Positions 39,366-50,987 are shown, counted from the stretch's first letter. The stretch: 64,000 nt of DNA from Candidatus Endomicrobiellum roisinitermitis (GCA_031287855.1 JAITSL010000033.1:1163-65162), one strand, 5' to 3'. The notes: generated from the letters alone by a model not told the origin. Translations and numbers: made by a program.

Positions 39366-40469
39366 ATGAATAGTAACATTAAAGTCGCAATTATAGGTAT
39401 AGGAATAGTTTCCCCTCTAGGTATAGGTAAAGAAAAAAATTGGAAACAATTAATAAATTGTAATCATAATATTTGTTACAATAAAAAAGTAGATGCAAAT
39501 ATTGCTAGTTTAGACAATTTCAACGTAGCAAACAATCAAAGACAATACCAAATGGCAATGTTGGCTATTAATCAAGCTCTTGAAGACGCAAACATTGCAA
39601 ACTCTTCTTCTAATAAAAAGCTAGGACTCTGTTTAGGAGAAAGTAAAACAAATCTATTTAATAAGCCTTTTGAATATTCTTTACTAAAAGAATTAAGCAA
39701 AACTTTTCATTTTAATGAAACTTCTTGTGTATCTGCAGCGTGCGCTACAGGAATTTTAACAATTATGCAAGGTTGTAAACTTATAAAAGATGGGATATGC
39801 GATGCTGTTGTCTGTGGTTGTAGCGAAACTTCTATACATCCACTTTATATAGCAGGATTTAAAAACATGGGCGTTTTAACAAAGCATTTACCTAGCCCTT
39901 TTGACAAAGACAGAGACGGCTTTGCAATAGGAGAGGGAGCCGGTTTTATCGTACTTGAAAGTTTACAAAAGGCTATAAAAAATAATATTAAAATTTATGC
40001 TGAAATAGCAAATTTTTCAAATGGTATATACTCTGGCAATACTTTATCTATAAGTTCCCATTCAAAAATGACACAAATAATTAAAAAAACTGTATCCGGA
40101 CATACGCCTGATTACATACATATGCATGGAACAGCAACAAAATTAAATGATTACAATGAAAGTAAAGCTGTTTTTGAATCTTTTAATAATGCAAAGAAAA
40201 TTTCTTTAAGTTCTACAAAAGCTGCAACTGGGCACATGCTTAGCGTTTCTGCAATAGCTGGGACAATATTTTCTTTACTTGCCATGGCAAACAATATTGT
40301 CCCTCCAACTTTAAATTTTAAACAAACAGATATAAATTTAAATTTGGATTACACGCCAAATAAGCCAAAAATAAGCACTATCAATTCTAGCCTTGTTTTG
40401 TCTTTTGGGTTTGGCGGACAATCTTGTGCTTTATTTTTAAAAAAACATAAAAGTGAACGATATGCTTAA
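39366..40469 (+). CDS. Beta-ketoacyl synthase, KAS I/II (FabB/FabF) type, short (367 aa)
   Basis: Active-site Cys in VSAACATG, His in HMHGTATKLND and KAATGHMLS (Cys-His-His triad), C-terminal SFGFGGQ. Confidence 0.8.
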   Translation: MNSNIKVAIIGIGIVSPLGIGKEKNWKQLINCNHNICYNKKVDANIASLDNFNVANNQRQYQMAMLAINQALEDANIANSSSNKKLGLCLGESKTNLFNKPFEYSLLKELSKTFHFNETSCVSAACATGILTIMQGCKLIKDGICDAVVCGCSETSIHPLYIAGFKNMGVLTKHLPSPFDKDRDGFAIGEGAGFIVLESLQKAIKNNIKIYAEIANFSNGIYSGNTLSISSHSKMTQIIKKTVSGHTPDYIHMHGTATKLNDYNESKAVFESFNNAKKISLSSTKAATGHMLSVSAIAGTIFSLLAMANNIVPPTLNFKQTDINLNLDYTPNKPKISTINSSLVLSFGFGGQSCALFLKKHKSERYA

Positions 40470-41613
40470 TAAACTCTTATCACAACAATTATCAGAAATG
40501 GAAAATAGTGGATTTAAAAGATTTTTAAGAAATGCAGATTGTTCCCCAATGTCTAAAATAAAAATTCAAGGCAAAGAGCTAATCAATTTTTCATCTAACA
40601 ATTATTTAGATCTGGCTGGAGATAAAGAAATAGAAGAAAAAGCCATAAATATTATAAAAACTTATGGGCTGTCTGCCACATCATCTAGACTCGTGTCTGG
40701 CAATATTTCAGTACATAAAGAATTAGAAGAAAAGTTAGCCTTATTTAAAAGCAAACAAGCATGCCTTGTGTATCCGAGTGGATACCAAACAAATTTAGGT
40801 GTTATAAGTGCATTGACATCTTACCAAAAAGACGCATGCATAATAATGGACAAACTAAACCACGCTTCAATTTGGGATGGAGCAAAACTATCAGGAGCTA
40901 GAATTTTTGTTTACAAACATTGCGATATGAGCTCTCTTGAAAAAGTTCTCAAAAGAACTAGAAATTATAATTTTAAATTAGTAGTAACTGAATCTTTATT
41001 TTCAATGGATGGAGATATTGCTCCAATGGATGAATTTGTAAATCTCTGCCAACAATATAAAGCTGTAAGCATGATAGATGAAGCTCATTCTACAGGAGTT
41101 TTTGGTTATAAAGGTAAAGGTCTTGCTGACACTTTTGGAGTTGCTGATAAAATAGACATCACTATAGGTACTCTCTCAAAAGCTTTTGCTTTACAAGGAG
41201 GCTTTGTCTGCGGATCTAAAACACTGATAGATTTTTTAATAAACAAAAGTAGAGCTTTTATATATACAACTGCAATTTCTCCATTTTTAGCAGCTATGGC
41301 CATAGAATCTTTAGAAATTATAAAAGAAAGTGATAGTGACAGGAAACATCTTCATAATATTTCAAAAATCTTAAAAAATAAACTAAAAGATTTAGGATTT
41401 GATATTGGCAAGTCTGAATCACAAATAATACCAGTTATAACAGGAACAATCGAAAAAACAGAAAAATTATCATCTCAACTTCTAAAAAACAATATTTATG
41501 TCCCTTCAATTAAACCACCAACTGTACCTAACGGTAAGGCAAGGATAAGAATATCTTTAACTTCCGGGCATAGTGTTAAAGACATACATCTTTTAATAAA
41601 TTCATTAAAATAA
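40453..41613 (+). CDS. bioF: 8-amino-7-oxononanoate synthase
   Basis: Alpha-oxoamine synthase pattern: DEAHSTGVFG and the PLP Lys in GTLSKAF. Overlaps the KAS gene by 17 nt. bioA and bioD are nearby. Confidence 0.8.
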   Translation: MNDMLNKLLSQQLSEMENSGFKRFLRNADCSPMSKIKIQGKELINFSSNNYLDLAGDKEIEEKAINIIKTYGLSATSSRLVSGNISVHKELEEKLALFKSKQACLVYPSGYQTNLGVISALTSYQKDACIIMDKLNHASIWDGAKLSGARIFVYKHCDMSSLEKVLKRTRNYNFKLVVTESLFSMDGDIAPMDEFVNLCQQYKAVSMIDEAHSTGVFGYKGKGLADTFGVADKIDITIGTLSKAFALQGGFVCGSKTLIDFLINKSRAFIYTTAISPFLAAMAIESLEIIKESDSDRKHLHNISKILKNKLKDLGFDIGKSESQIIPVITGTIEKTEKLSSQLLKNNIYVPSIKPPTVPNGKARIRISLTSGHSVKDIHLLINSLK

Positions 41614-41998
41614 CAGTATAAAAATGATTAACATTGACATTGACCGCTTTTGTTATAATTTTATGTACTTTTCATTAATTATTAAGTAGAAAAAAGCTAA
41701 TCTAGGGCTATGACGAGAAAACGAAGAATAAGTTGCTATAACTAAAAAAATAATAGAGAGCTTTATTTGGGACCTGACAGGCACCCAAACAGCATACTTA
41801 ATAGTCTAAACAGCAACACAATAAACTTGTGGTATAAAAAGCTTCTTGTTGGGATATAAAAGCAACAGATGGATGGAACGATAAAAATAGGTGAGAGTTA
41901 TTTGGTAAGAGGGAGCGTATTTGCCAACAATAAGGGAAGAGGGGCGCATGGGCAGCCAGTATTTGATATATATGAGCAAGGAGGGAGTTAATAGAGTC

Positions 41999-43129
41999 TT
42001 AAAAAAATTCTTGCCAATTGTTTTTATTAATTAGTTTAAATTCAGAGTTAGGATAAGCTCTTAAAAAAGTTTTTTTATGTCTAATCTTTTTATAAGAATA
42101 TTTAAATTCAAATGCTAGAAGTTTTCCACCAATTTCTTCTATATAATCTATCTCTTCGCCTTGATATGAACGCCAGAAATAATTATTTACGATTCTATTA
42201 TTTTGCTGATTGTATTTTAATCTTTCATTTATGCAAAAATTTTCCCATAAAGCCCCTATGTCGTCTCTGTTATCAAGGGTATTGTAATTATTTATAATGG
42301 CGTTACGTATTCCTAAATCATAAAAATAAACTTTGTTTGATTTGCTTATCTCCTTTCTTAAGTTTGAACTATATGCCTGTAAAGAAAAGACAATAAAGTT
42401 CTTTTCTAACAAATCTATATATTTTCTGACAGTTTGAGAAGCCAAGCCAAGCTGTCCAGCAAGTTCGTGAATTGAAACTTCGCTTCCTATTTGCAAAGCG
42501 AGCAGTTTTACTAATTTTGAAATAATCGACGAGTTCTTGATATTTTCAAAAGCTAAAATATCTTTAAATAAATAACTGCTGGCAAGACTTTCTAAGTCTA
42601 TCATAGACTCCGTCTCTGGCAAATCTATTATACCAGGATAAGAGCCAAATCTTAATATATTATTGATTTTACTATCTATTTCAAAATTATTATGTTTGGT
42701 TTTTAATTCATTAACAGATAATGGCAGTAGCTTAAATTCTCTGCTTCTTCCTACAAGCGGTTCCCCTATATGATTTGAAAGTTCAAAACTGCTTGATCCT
42801 GTGGCAATAATCTGAATGTTTTGAAAAGTATCTGAAATAATTTTTAAAATTAGACCAATTTGAGAAATTGTTTGCGCCTCATCTAAAACAACTAAATCGT
42901 TATTACCTAAAAAATCTTTAAGAATCTGTTCGTTTGTAGTTTCTAATTTTGATTTAACACTTAACAATTGGCAATTAAAATATGCCGTTTTTTTACCTGA
43001 CTTTGCCTGCTCATCTAAAATCATGTTGCAAAGAGTAGTTTTTCCTACACGCCTTGCTCCGTACATAATAATGATTTTGCCTTTATATAAAGAGGCAACA
43101 ATAGTATCTGATATTATTCTTTTATACAT
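41999..43129 (-). CDS. AAA+ ATPase with DUF4143 / PD-(D/E)xK-like C-terminal domain
   Basis: Walker A GARRVGKTT, Walker B VVLDEAQ, wHTH-like middle region, C-terminal EEIDYIEE...LAFEFKYS. Confidence 0.75.
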   Translation of the reverse strand: MYKRIISDTIVASLYKGKIIIMYGARRVGKTTLCNMILDEQAKSGKKTAYFNCQLLSVKSKLETTNEQILKDFLGNNDLVVLDEAQTISQIGLILKIISDTFQNIQIIATGSSSFELSNHIGEPLVGRSREFKLLPLSVNELKTKHNNFEIDSKINNILRFGSYPGIIDLPETESMIDLESLASSYLFKDILAFENIKNSSIISKLVKLLALQIGSEVSIHELAGQLGLASQTVRKYIDLLEKNFIVFSLQAYSSNLRKEISKSNKVYFYDLGIRNAIINNYNTLDNRDDIGALWENFCINERLKYNQQNNRIVNNYFWRSYQGEEIDYIEEIGGKLLAFEFKYSYKKIRHKKTFLRAYPNSEFKLINKNNWQEFF

Positions 43130-43338
43130 GTGCAGGACACCTTTTTAATATTTTTATCAATATTTTAAATTTAATGGGAATATTTAAATTTATATTAAAA
43201 TTTTATCGAAATTATCTATTTTTGTCAATACCAGTTACTATATTTTTATTTAAAGATTATATATAAAATAGCTAAAAGGTTGGCTGATTTTACTACAATT
43301 CTGCCAATGAAATTTCAAATTTATGCATAGGAGGATAA

Positions 43339-44470
43339 ATGTTTTTTGAAAGAGATTTACAAGATATTATTGAAAAGCAGTTATTCAAAGGGAAAATAAT
43401 ATTAATTTATGGAGCACGGCAAGTAGGAAAAACTACTCTTTGTAAACAAATTTTAGAAAAATATTCTTTGACAAAAAAGACTGCATATTTTAATTGTGAA
43501 TCGCTTGAGGTAAAAACTGCATTTGAAACTACTAGCGAAAATTCATTACGTATGGCTTTAGATAATAAAGACCTTATAGTTTTAGATGAAGCTCAATATA
43601 TAAAAAACATAGGTTTAATATTAAAAATAATTCATGATATTTTTCCAAATGTTTGTGTGATTGCAAGTGGCTCCTCAAGTTTTGATTTAGCAAATCAGGT
43701 AGGAGCTCCTTTAACCGGCAGATCTATTCCGTTTATACTCTATCCTTTTTCTGTAAGGGAAATAAAAAATAATCTTGGCTTTATACAAACTGTTGGTAAA
43801 CTTAATGAAATTTTACTTACAGGAACCTACCCTAATATTTTTGGAACTTCAGAAAGTGTAACTCAAGAAAATTTGTCAATAATGGCAGGTACTTAATCTA
43901 TACAAAAACGCTCTGGCTTTTGAAAAACTTCAAAATTCAAATAAATTATTAGAGCTTTTACAAATGTTGGCACTGCAAATCGGAAAAGAGGTTTCTTATT
44001 CTGAAATAGGGCAAAAACTTGGAATGAGTCACTCAACTATTTCAAAGTATATAGATTTACTGGAAAAGTGTTTTATAGTTTTTAAGCTACGCTCTTTTTT
44101 AAAAAATCCACGTAGAGAAATTTCTAAATCTGTTAAAGTATTCTTTTATGACTTAGGTATGAATGCTCTTATACAGACTTTTACACCATTAAACCTTAGA
44201 ACTGATACAGACACTTTATGGGAAAATTTTTGTATTGTAGAACGTAAAAAATTGAACAACGCTCTACAGAAAAGAGTTAAGCAATTTTTTTATAGAACCT
44301 TTACAGGAGAAGAAGTAGATTACGTAGAAGAATATAGCAATATTATAGAAGGATACGAGTTTAAGTACAGCAAATATAAAATAAAACAGCCAAAAAATTT
44401 TATTTCAAACTACAATCCATCAGACGTTAAATGCATTAATAAAGAAAACTGGTTTGAATTCTTGGTGTAG
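43339..44470 (+). pseudogene. AAA+ ATPase/DUF4143 paralog split by a single frameshift near 43890
   Basis: ORF 43339-43896 (GARQVGKTT, LDEAQ) aligns by eye at more than half identity with the N-terminal half of 41999-43129. The second half (LYKNALAFEKLQNSNKLLELLQMLALQIGKEV...EEVDYVEE...YEFKYS) continues in another frame. Confidence 0.7.
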
Positions 44471-44487
44471 TTTAACAACTAAACCAA

Positions 44488-46550
<2,063 letters not shown>

Positions 46551-46568
46551 TTATTGTGCAAGTCAAAT

Positions 46569-46599
46569 ATGTAACAATGCTTTCAATATGGTTTAACAT
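46569..46599. promoter_or_regulatory. Candidate BirA operator (aTGTAACA-N14-GTTTAACAt)
   Basis: Imperfect inverted repeat 55-85 nt upstream of the bioD start. A helix-turn-helix BirA is encoded at 48527. Matched from memory to the TGTnAAC...GTTnACA architecture, so weak. Confidence 0.25.
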
Positions 46600-46819
46600 A
46601 CTTAGTGTACTATTTCTATATTTTGGCAACTTGCAAATGAAACATAACAACTTTACAAATATCTTTTAGTAACTTATAATTAGGCAATATTGAGAAAAAT
46701 TAGCATTATAATTTAAAATAAGCGCTCATTGTGACATGAGTATTTAACTTTAAGGAGAACTCTCTAAGGACACAATCATTGAAACATCTTATAGATCCAA
46801 TAACAATAAAGAGGACCTT

Positions 46820-47329
46820 ATGAAAAAAGTTGTTTTTATAACTGCTCCAAATACTTTTAGAGATGAAGAATATTATAAACCTAAAGAAGTACTTGAAAAT
46901 GCTAATATTGAAGTTGTAACAGCAAGCACAAAAATAGGTGAACTAACTGGAAAATTTGGATTCAAAACAGTTAGTACTCTCTTAATTGGAGATATTATCC
47001 CTAACAATTTTAATGCAATAGTGTATATAGGCGGAGCTGGATCTAGCGCATTCTTTGACAATGAAAAGGCTTTAAATTTAGCAAGAGAGTTTTTTAAACT
47101 TAACAAAGTGGTAGCTTCTATATGTATTGCAGGTGTAATTCTTGCAAATTCAGGTATTTTAAAAGATAAAAAAGCAACTGTATTTGTAGATGGGAAAGAC
47201 ACATTAATAAATAAAGGCGCCACATATACTGCTGCTCCTTTAGAAATTGATGGAAACATTATAACTGCAAACGGCCCAGACATAGCTGAAGATTTCGGAA
47301 AAGCTATTCTAAAAGCAATAACCCTATAA
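46820..47329 (+). CDS. DJ-1/PfpI family protein
   Basis: 169 aa with nucleophile-elbow Cys in ASICIAGVILA and YIGGAG. Confidence 0.8.
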   Translation: MKKVVFITAPNTFRDEEYYKPKEVLENANIEVVTASTKIGELTGKFGFKTVSTLLIGDIIPNNFNAIVYIGGAGSSAFFDNEKALNLAREFFKLNKVVASICIAGVILANSGILKDKKATVFVDGKDTLINKGATYTAAPLEIDGNIITANGPDIAEDFGKAILKAITL

Positions 47330-47344
47330 TTACAGCTCAAAAAA

Positions 47345-47374
47345 ATAGGCTTAGTAACAAGTCTATTTTCTTTT
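47345..47374 (+). terminator. Rho-independent terminator after the DJ-1/PfpI gene
   Basis: Stem ATAGGCTT / AAGTCTAT (8 bp including one G-T), 6-nt loop agtaac, then TTTCTTTT. Flanking A and T runs can extend the stem. Confidence 0.55.
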
Positions 47375-47427
47375 GTAAAACTTCAAACACATGTTGGACA
47401 TTTGGAGTTATTTGACACATATGTAGT

Positions 47428-47640
47428 TAGCTTGATCTAGTTTAGTATCTTATCTACGTTACTAGAGCAATCGCAACAAACATTTAATCAAATTAGCAAA
47501 CTTGCAAAATGATAAGACAACAAAGACTTAAATGTATTTTGCTTCAAACAATACTAATTTGCAATATTAAATGTTTATTGCTCATAATCCACTCTTTGAG
47601 GTAACGCAGGTAAGGTTATAAACTAGACCGACATCTGCTG
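47428..47640 (-). repeat. Dispersed intergenic repeat, copy A (core plus inverted 23-nt modules)
   Basis: The reverse complement of 47428-47587 aligns to 60736-60912. Hand-counted: 24/24 identical, then 64/72 identical, then 11/11, then 22/28. The 23-mer TTGATCTAGTTTAGTATCTTATC at 47432-47454 is identical to 60923-60945, and a diverged inverted copy lies at ~47598-47640. Confidence 0.8.
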
Positions 47641-47684
47641 CATTTACTTTGAGTTTTGAGCTACTATTTTATATAATCACTCAA

Positions 47685-48530
47685 ATGAAAAATATAGATA
47701 TTCTTATAAAACTCACATTAAAAGAAGATGGCGTTTTTAAAGATATTACCACAAAAGAGTTTATCCCAAAAGATAAAAAAGCAAAAGCTGTGCTGTTTGC
47801 TAAAAAATCTGGCATTCTTTGTGGTATAGATGTTTTTGTAAAGGTATTTAAAACAGTTGATAAGAATTGTAAAGTTTTACTAAAACTAAAAGACGGTGCA
47901 AAAATTAAAGTAGGCGATAAGATTTTAGAAATTTACGGTTTAGCTAAATCAATTTTAGCAGCAGAAAGAACAGCTCTTAACTTTTTGCAATATTTATCCG
48001 GAATTGCAACTTTAACAAATCTTTTTGTACAAGCCATTAAAAATGGTAAACCAAAAATATACGATACAAGAAAAACACTGCCAGGTTATAGAGAACTTGC
48101 AAAGTACGCAGTAAAGTGTGGTGGTGGATTTAACCACAGAATGGGGCTTTATGATATGGCATTAATAAAAGATAACCACTTAAAACTTGTTACAGATCTA
48201 AAAAGCAAAGTGGCAGCATTTAGAAAAACATGCAACAAAATTCCTGTTGAAATTGAGTGTGAAACAATACAAGAAGTAAAGCAAGCTATTGATGCAAAGG
48301 CAGACATTATAATGTTAGATAATACTTCTATTAGTAATACAAAAAAAATGATTAAACTTATAAGGGATAATTCTAACATACAGTATAAGCCAGAGATAGA
48401 GATTTCAGGTGGAGTAACCTTAAAAACTGCAAAAAGTTTATCTAAACTTGACGCTGACAGAATTTCTGTAGGAATGCTTACGCATTCTGTTACGGCCTTA
48501 GATTTATCTTTAGAAGTAAAAATAAAATGA
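47685..48530 (+). CDS. nadC: Nicotinate-nucleotide pyrophosphorylase (carboxylating)
   Basis: QPRTase pattern (AERTALNFLQYLSGIAT, YDTRKTLPGYR, KDNH). ATG 47685 is preferred to the listed TTG 47649. Confidence 0.85.
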   Translation: MKNIDILIKLTLKEDGVFKDITTKEFIPKDKKAKAVLFAKKSGILCGIDVFVKVFKTVDKNCKVLLKLKDGAKIKVGDKILEIYGLAKSILAAERTALNFLQYLSGIATLTNLFVQAIKNGKPKIYDTRKTLPGYRELAKYAVKCGGGFNHRMGLYDMALIKDNHLKLVTDLKSKVAAFRKTCNKIPVEIECETIQEVKQAIDAKADIIMLDNTSISNTKKMIKLIRDNSNIQYKPEIEISGGVTLKTAKSLSKLDADRISVGMLTHSVTALDLSLEVKIK

Positions 48531-49474
48531 CAAACATTATTAAAATTCTAGAGTCAAGCAACCACATTTGCGTAAACGAAATAGGGAATATGCTTGGTAT
48601 ATCTAAAGTAGCAGTTTGTAAGCAGATAAAAAATTTAAAACAACTCGGATATAATATTGACTCTTGTACAAAAGGTTACAAGCTAATACAAGATAAAAAG
48701 CTTTTTAACGAGTTTGAAATAGAATCTAAGCTCAACAAAAATCTTAATGTATGCAAAATTATAAAATATTATAAAGAACTGCCTTCCACACAAACTACAG
48801 TAAAAATGCTTGCACAAAAAGGCTTCGACGAAGGTACAGTTGTAATTGTAGAAAAACAAACAAGTGGTTACGGACGTATTAAAAGAGTTTGGAGTTCTAA
48901 TCCTGGCGGACTGTGGTTTTCTATACTTTTAAAACCATTTTTAGTTCCCGAAGAGTCTACGAAATTAGCTTTGATGCTAAGTATTGCATTAAAGCAAACT
49001 TTTGATTTGTACAATATTGACTCAAAAATAAAATGGCCTAATGACATTTTTATAAAAAATAAGAAAATAGCTGGCATAATAATAGAAATGTCTGCAGAGC
49101 AAGATATTATAAACTGGATTGTTGCGGGTATCGGCATAAATATTAACAACGAATTGCCAAAAGAATTAAAAGACATAGCAACATCATTAAAAGAAATTAT
49201 AAGTAAAGAAATAGATAGGACAGAATTTATTTGTAAATTTTTTATAAACTTTGAAAAATTATACACATCTTTCAAAGAAAAAGGGTTAAAGCCATTTTTA
49301 AAAGAATATAATGCCAACCTCTTATATAAAAATAAACATGTAACAATAAGCAATGGGCATAACACAATAACTGGCATAAATTTGGGAATAGACGAAAACG
49401 GAATGCTTATAGTTAAAACTAAAAACAATATTGAAAAAATAATTTCAGGCACTTTAAGAAAGACTCAAAAATGA
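48527..49474 (+). CDS. birA: Bifunctional biotin-protein ligase / bio repressor BirA
   Basis: N-terminal HTH (IGNMLGISKVAVCKQIKNLKQLGY), then QTSGYGRIKRVWSSNPGGLWFS (GRGRxGRxW-type motif). Confidence 0.85.
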   Translation: MTNIIKILESSNHICVNEIGNMLGISKVAVCKQIKNLKQLGYNIDSCTKGYKLIQDKKLFNEFEIESKLNKNLNVCKIIKYYKELPSTQTTVKMLAQKGFDEGTVVIVEKQTSGYGRIKRVWSSNPGGLWFSILLKPFLVPEESTKLALMLSIALKQTFDLYNIDSKIKWPNDIFIKNKKIAGIIIEMSAEQDIINWIVAGIGININNELPKELKDIATSLKEIISKEIDRTEFICKFFINFEKLYTSFKEKGLKPFLKEYNANLLYKNKHVTISNGHNTITGINLGIDENGMLIVKTKNNIEKIISGTLRKTQK

Positions 49475-50793
49475 AAATAAAATTTATATTACTATTTTTT
49501 TGTCTTTTTATTTTTTCTTGTTCATCTAAAAATGTACTTGTTCCTCATTTTGAGGTAACATCTGGCATTTCAAGAGAACTGAAAACTCCAGGCTTTTGGA
49601 TATCAAGAACACAAAATCCAGACAAAATAATTCTTACAGAAAAGCAAATTGAAAATCTGAACGCAAAAATATTAGCAAACTGTCCTTTTTTAAAAAATGT
49701 TTTTAGCACAGACCCAGAGAAAGAAAAAGAAAAACGTAGTCGCATAGATTATGCAAATAAGCTAAAAAAATACTCGAAATATTATGATGCCATTTCTTTA
49801 AAGAAAGTTGGACCAGCATTCTTTGAAACTTTAAAAAACAATATAGATCCTGATGCTCCTATAAATATAAGATTTGCCTTAACTATTGGATATGCAAAGC
49901 TAAAAGCATTACCAACAGATGTGCCTTTAATCTCATCTTCAGACACAGCAGATATAAACAGATTAGCCGCCACAGATCTTAATTTTTGGTCCCCTGTAGC
50001 GGCCTTATATTCTACTAAAGATAATCAATGGTGTTATGTAATTTCTGAGGTGTACGAAGGTTGGATAAAAGCAAAACACTTAATTTTTGCTTCAAAAGAA
50101 GCTTTATCTGATTATTTCAATGACAAAAATATTGCCGTAGTTACTTCTAGATTTGCAGATATTTATAAAGATACTTATCTATCCCAGTTTTACGAGAGTG
50201 TAAAAATGGGGACTATACTACATATTTCAAAAATAAAAAATGATACTATAGAAGTAAAAATACCAGTCAAATCTCTAAATGAAAATTTAGAATTCATGTA
50301 CTGTTATGTAAAAAAGTCAGATGTCTCTTTGGGCTTTCTGCCATACACTAAACGCAATGTAATTGTTCAAGCTTTTAAACAAATAGACGCACCTTACGAT
50401 TGGGGACATAATTATGGATACACTGATTGTTCTGGTTTTGTTAGGCAAATTTTTTCTTGTTTTGGGATTAAATTTCCCAAAAACTCTGGCCAACAAATCA
50501 ACATTAAAGACTCTATTGAATTAGGCAAATATAATATTACACTAAAAGCGCAGACAATAATTTCAGAAGGGATCAGTGGAATAACCCTTTTATATTTTCC
50601 CGGACACATCATGTTATACCTAGGGCACTTAGACAAAAATCTTTATGTAATACATTCAATTAGAGGATATTCCGGCAAAAATAACAAAATACATATGCTA
50701 AACAAAGTTGCCGTAACAGACCTCGCATTAGGAGATAAATCAAAAGACAAGTCTTTACGTGAAAGAATAACTTTAATGAATGTGGTAAAATAA
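49471..50793 (+). CDS. Lipoprotein with C-terminal NlpC/P60 peptidase domain
   Basis: Lipobox LFIFSC, catalytic-Cys motif DCSGFVRQIF, and a downstream His (PGHIMLYLGH). Confidence 0.75.
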   Translation: MKIKFILLFFCLFIFSCSSKNVLVPHFEVTSGISRELKTPGFWISRTQNPDKIILTEKQIENLNAKILANCPFLKNVFSTDPEKEKEKRSRIDYANKLKKYSKYYDAISLKKVGPAFFETLKNNIDPDAPINIRFALTIGYAKLKALPTDVPLISSSDTADINRLAATDLNFWSPVAALYSTKDNQWCYVISEVYEGWIKAKHLIFASKEALSDYFNDKNIAVVTSRFADIYKDTYLSQFYESVKMGTILHISKIKNDTIEVKIPVKSLNENLEFMYCYVKKSDVSLGFLPYTKRNVIVQAFKQIDAPYDWGHNYGYTDCSGFVRQIFSCFGIKFPKNSGQQINIKDSIELGKYNITLKAQTIISEGISGITLLYFPGHIMLYLGHLDKNLYVIHSIRGYSGKNNKIHMLNKVAVTDLALGDKSKDKSLRERITLMNVVK

Positions 50794-50987
50794 TGAAAAA
50801 AATTAAAATATTTTTTTATACTCTTTTTGTTTTAGATGTTATTGCAGGTTTTGTTGTAGGAAAATTTGTAAGTTTGACTGCTGCAGTTATTGCAGCTTTT
50901 GTTCTTTTGTTTCTAAATTTAAGTGTCTATGCTATAATTTTAAAGCTTCATAAACAATTAGATAAGGTAAAAAATGGAACAAAATAA
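50793..50987 (+). CDS. Small hypothetical membrane protein
   Basis: 64 aa with two hydrophobic helices, tightly packed between neighbouring genes. Confidence 0.4.
   Translation: MKKIKIFFYTLFVLDVIAGFVVGKFVSLTAAVIAAFVLLFLNLSVYAIILKLHKQLDKVKNGTK

Noticed and set aside
46873-47340. 155-aa minus-strand ORF fully overlapping the DJ-1/PfpI gene. The same applies to 48868-49452 (antisense to birA), 13363-14906 (several antisense ORFs in larB/larC/larE), 54138-55174 (antisense to pta and the adjacent acyl-CoA synthetase), 35942-36737 and 38036-38350 (antisense to valS), 58354-58622 and 59123-59362 (within ftsH)
   Set aside because: In each case the opposite strand, or another frame, encodes a protein with clear family motifs, while the shadow ORFs give low-information sequence.
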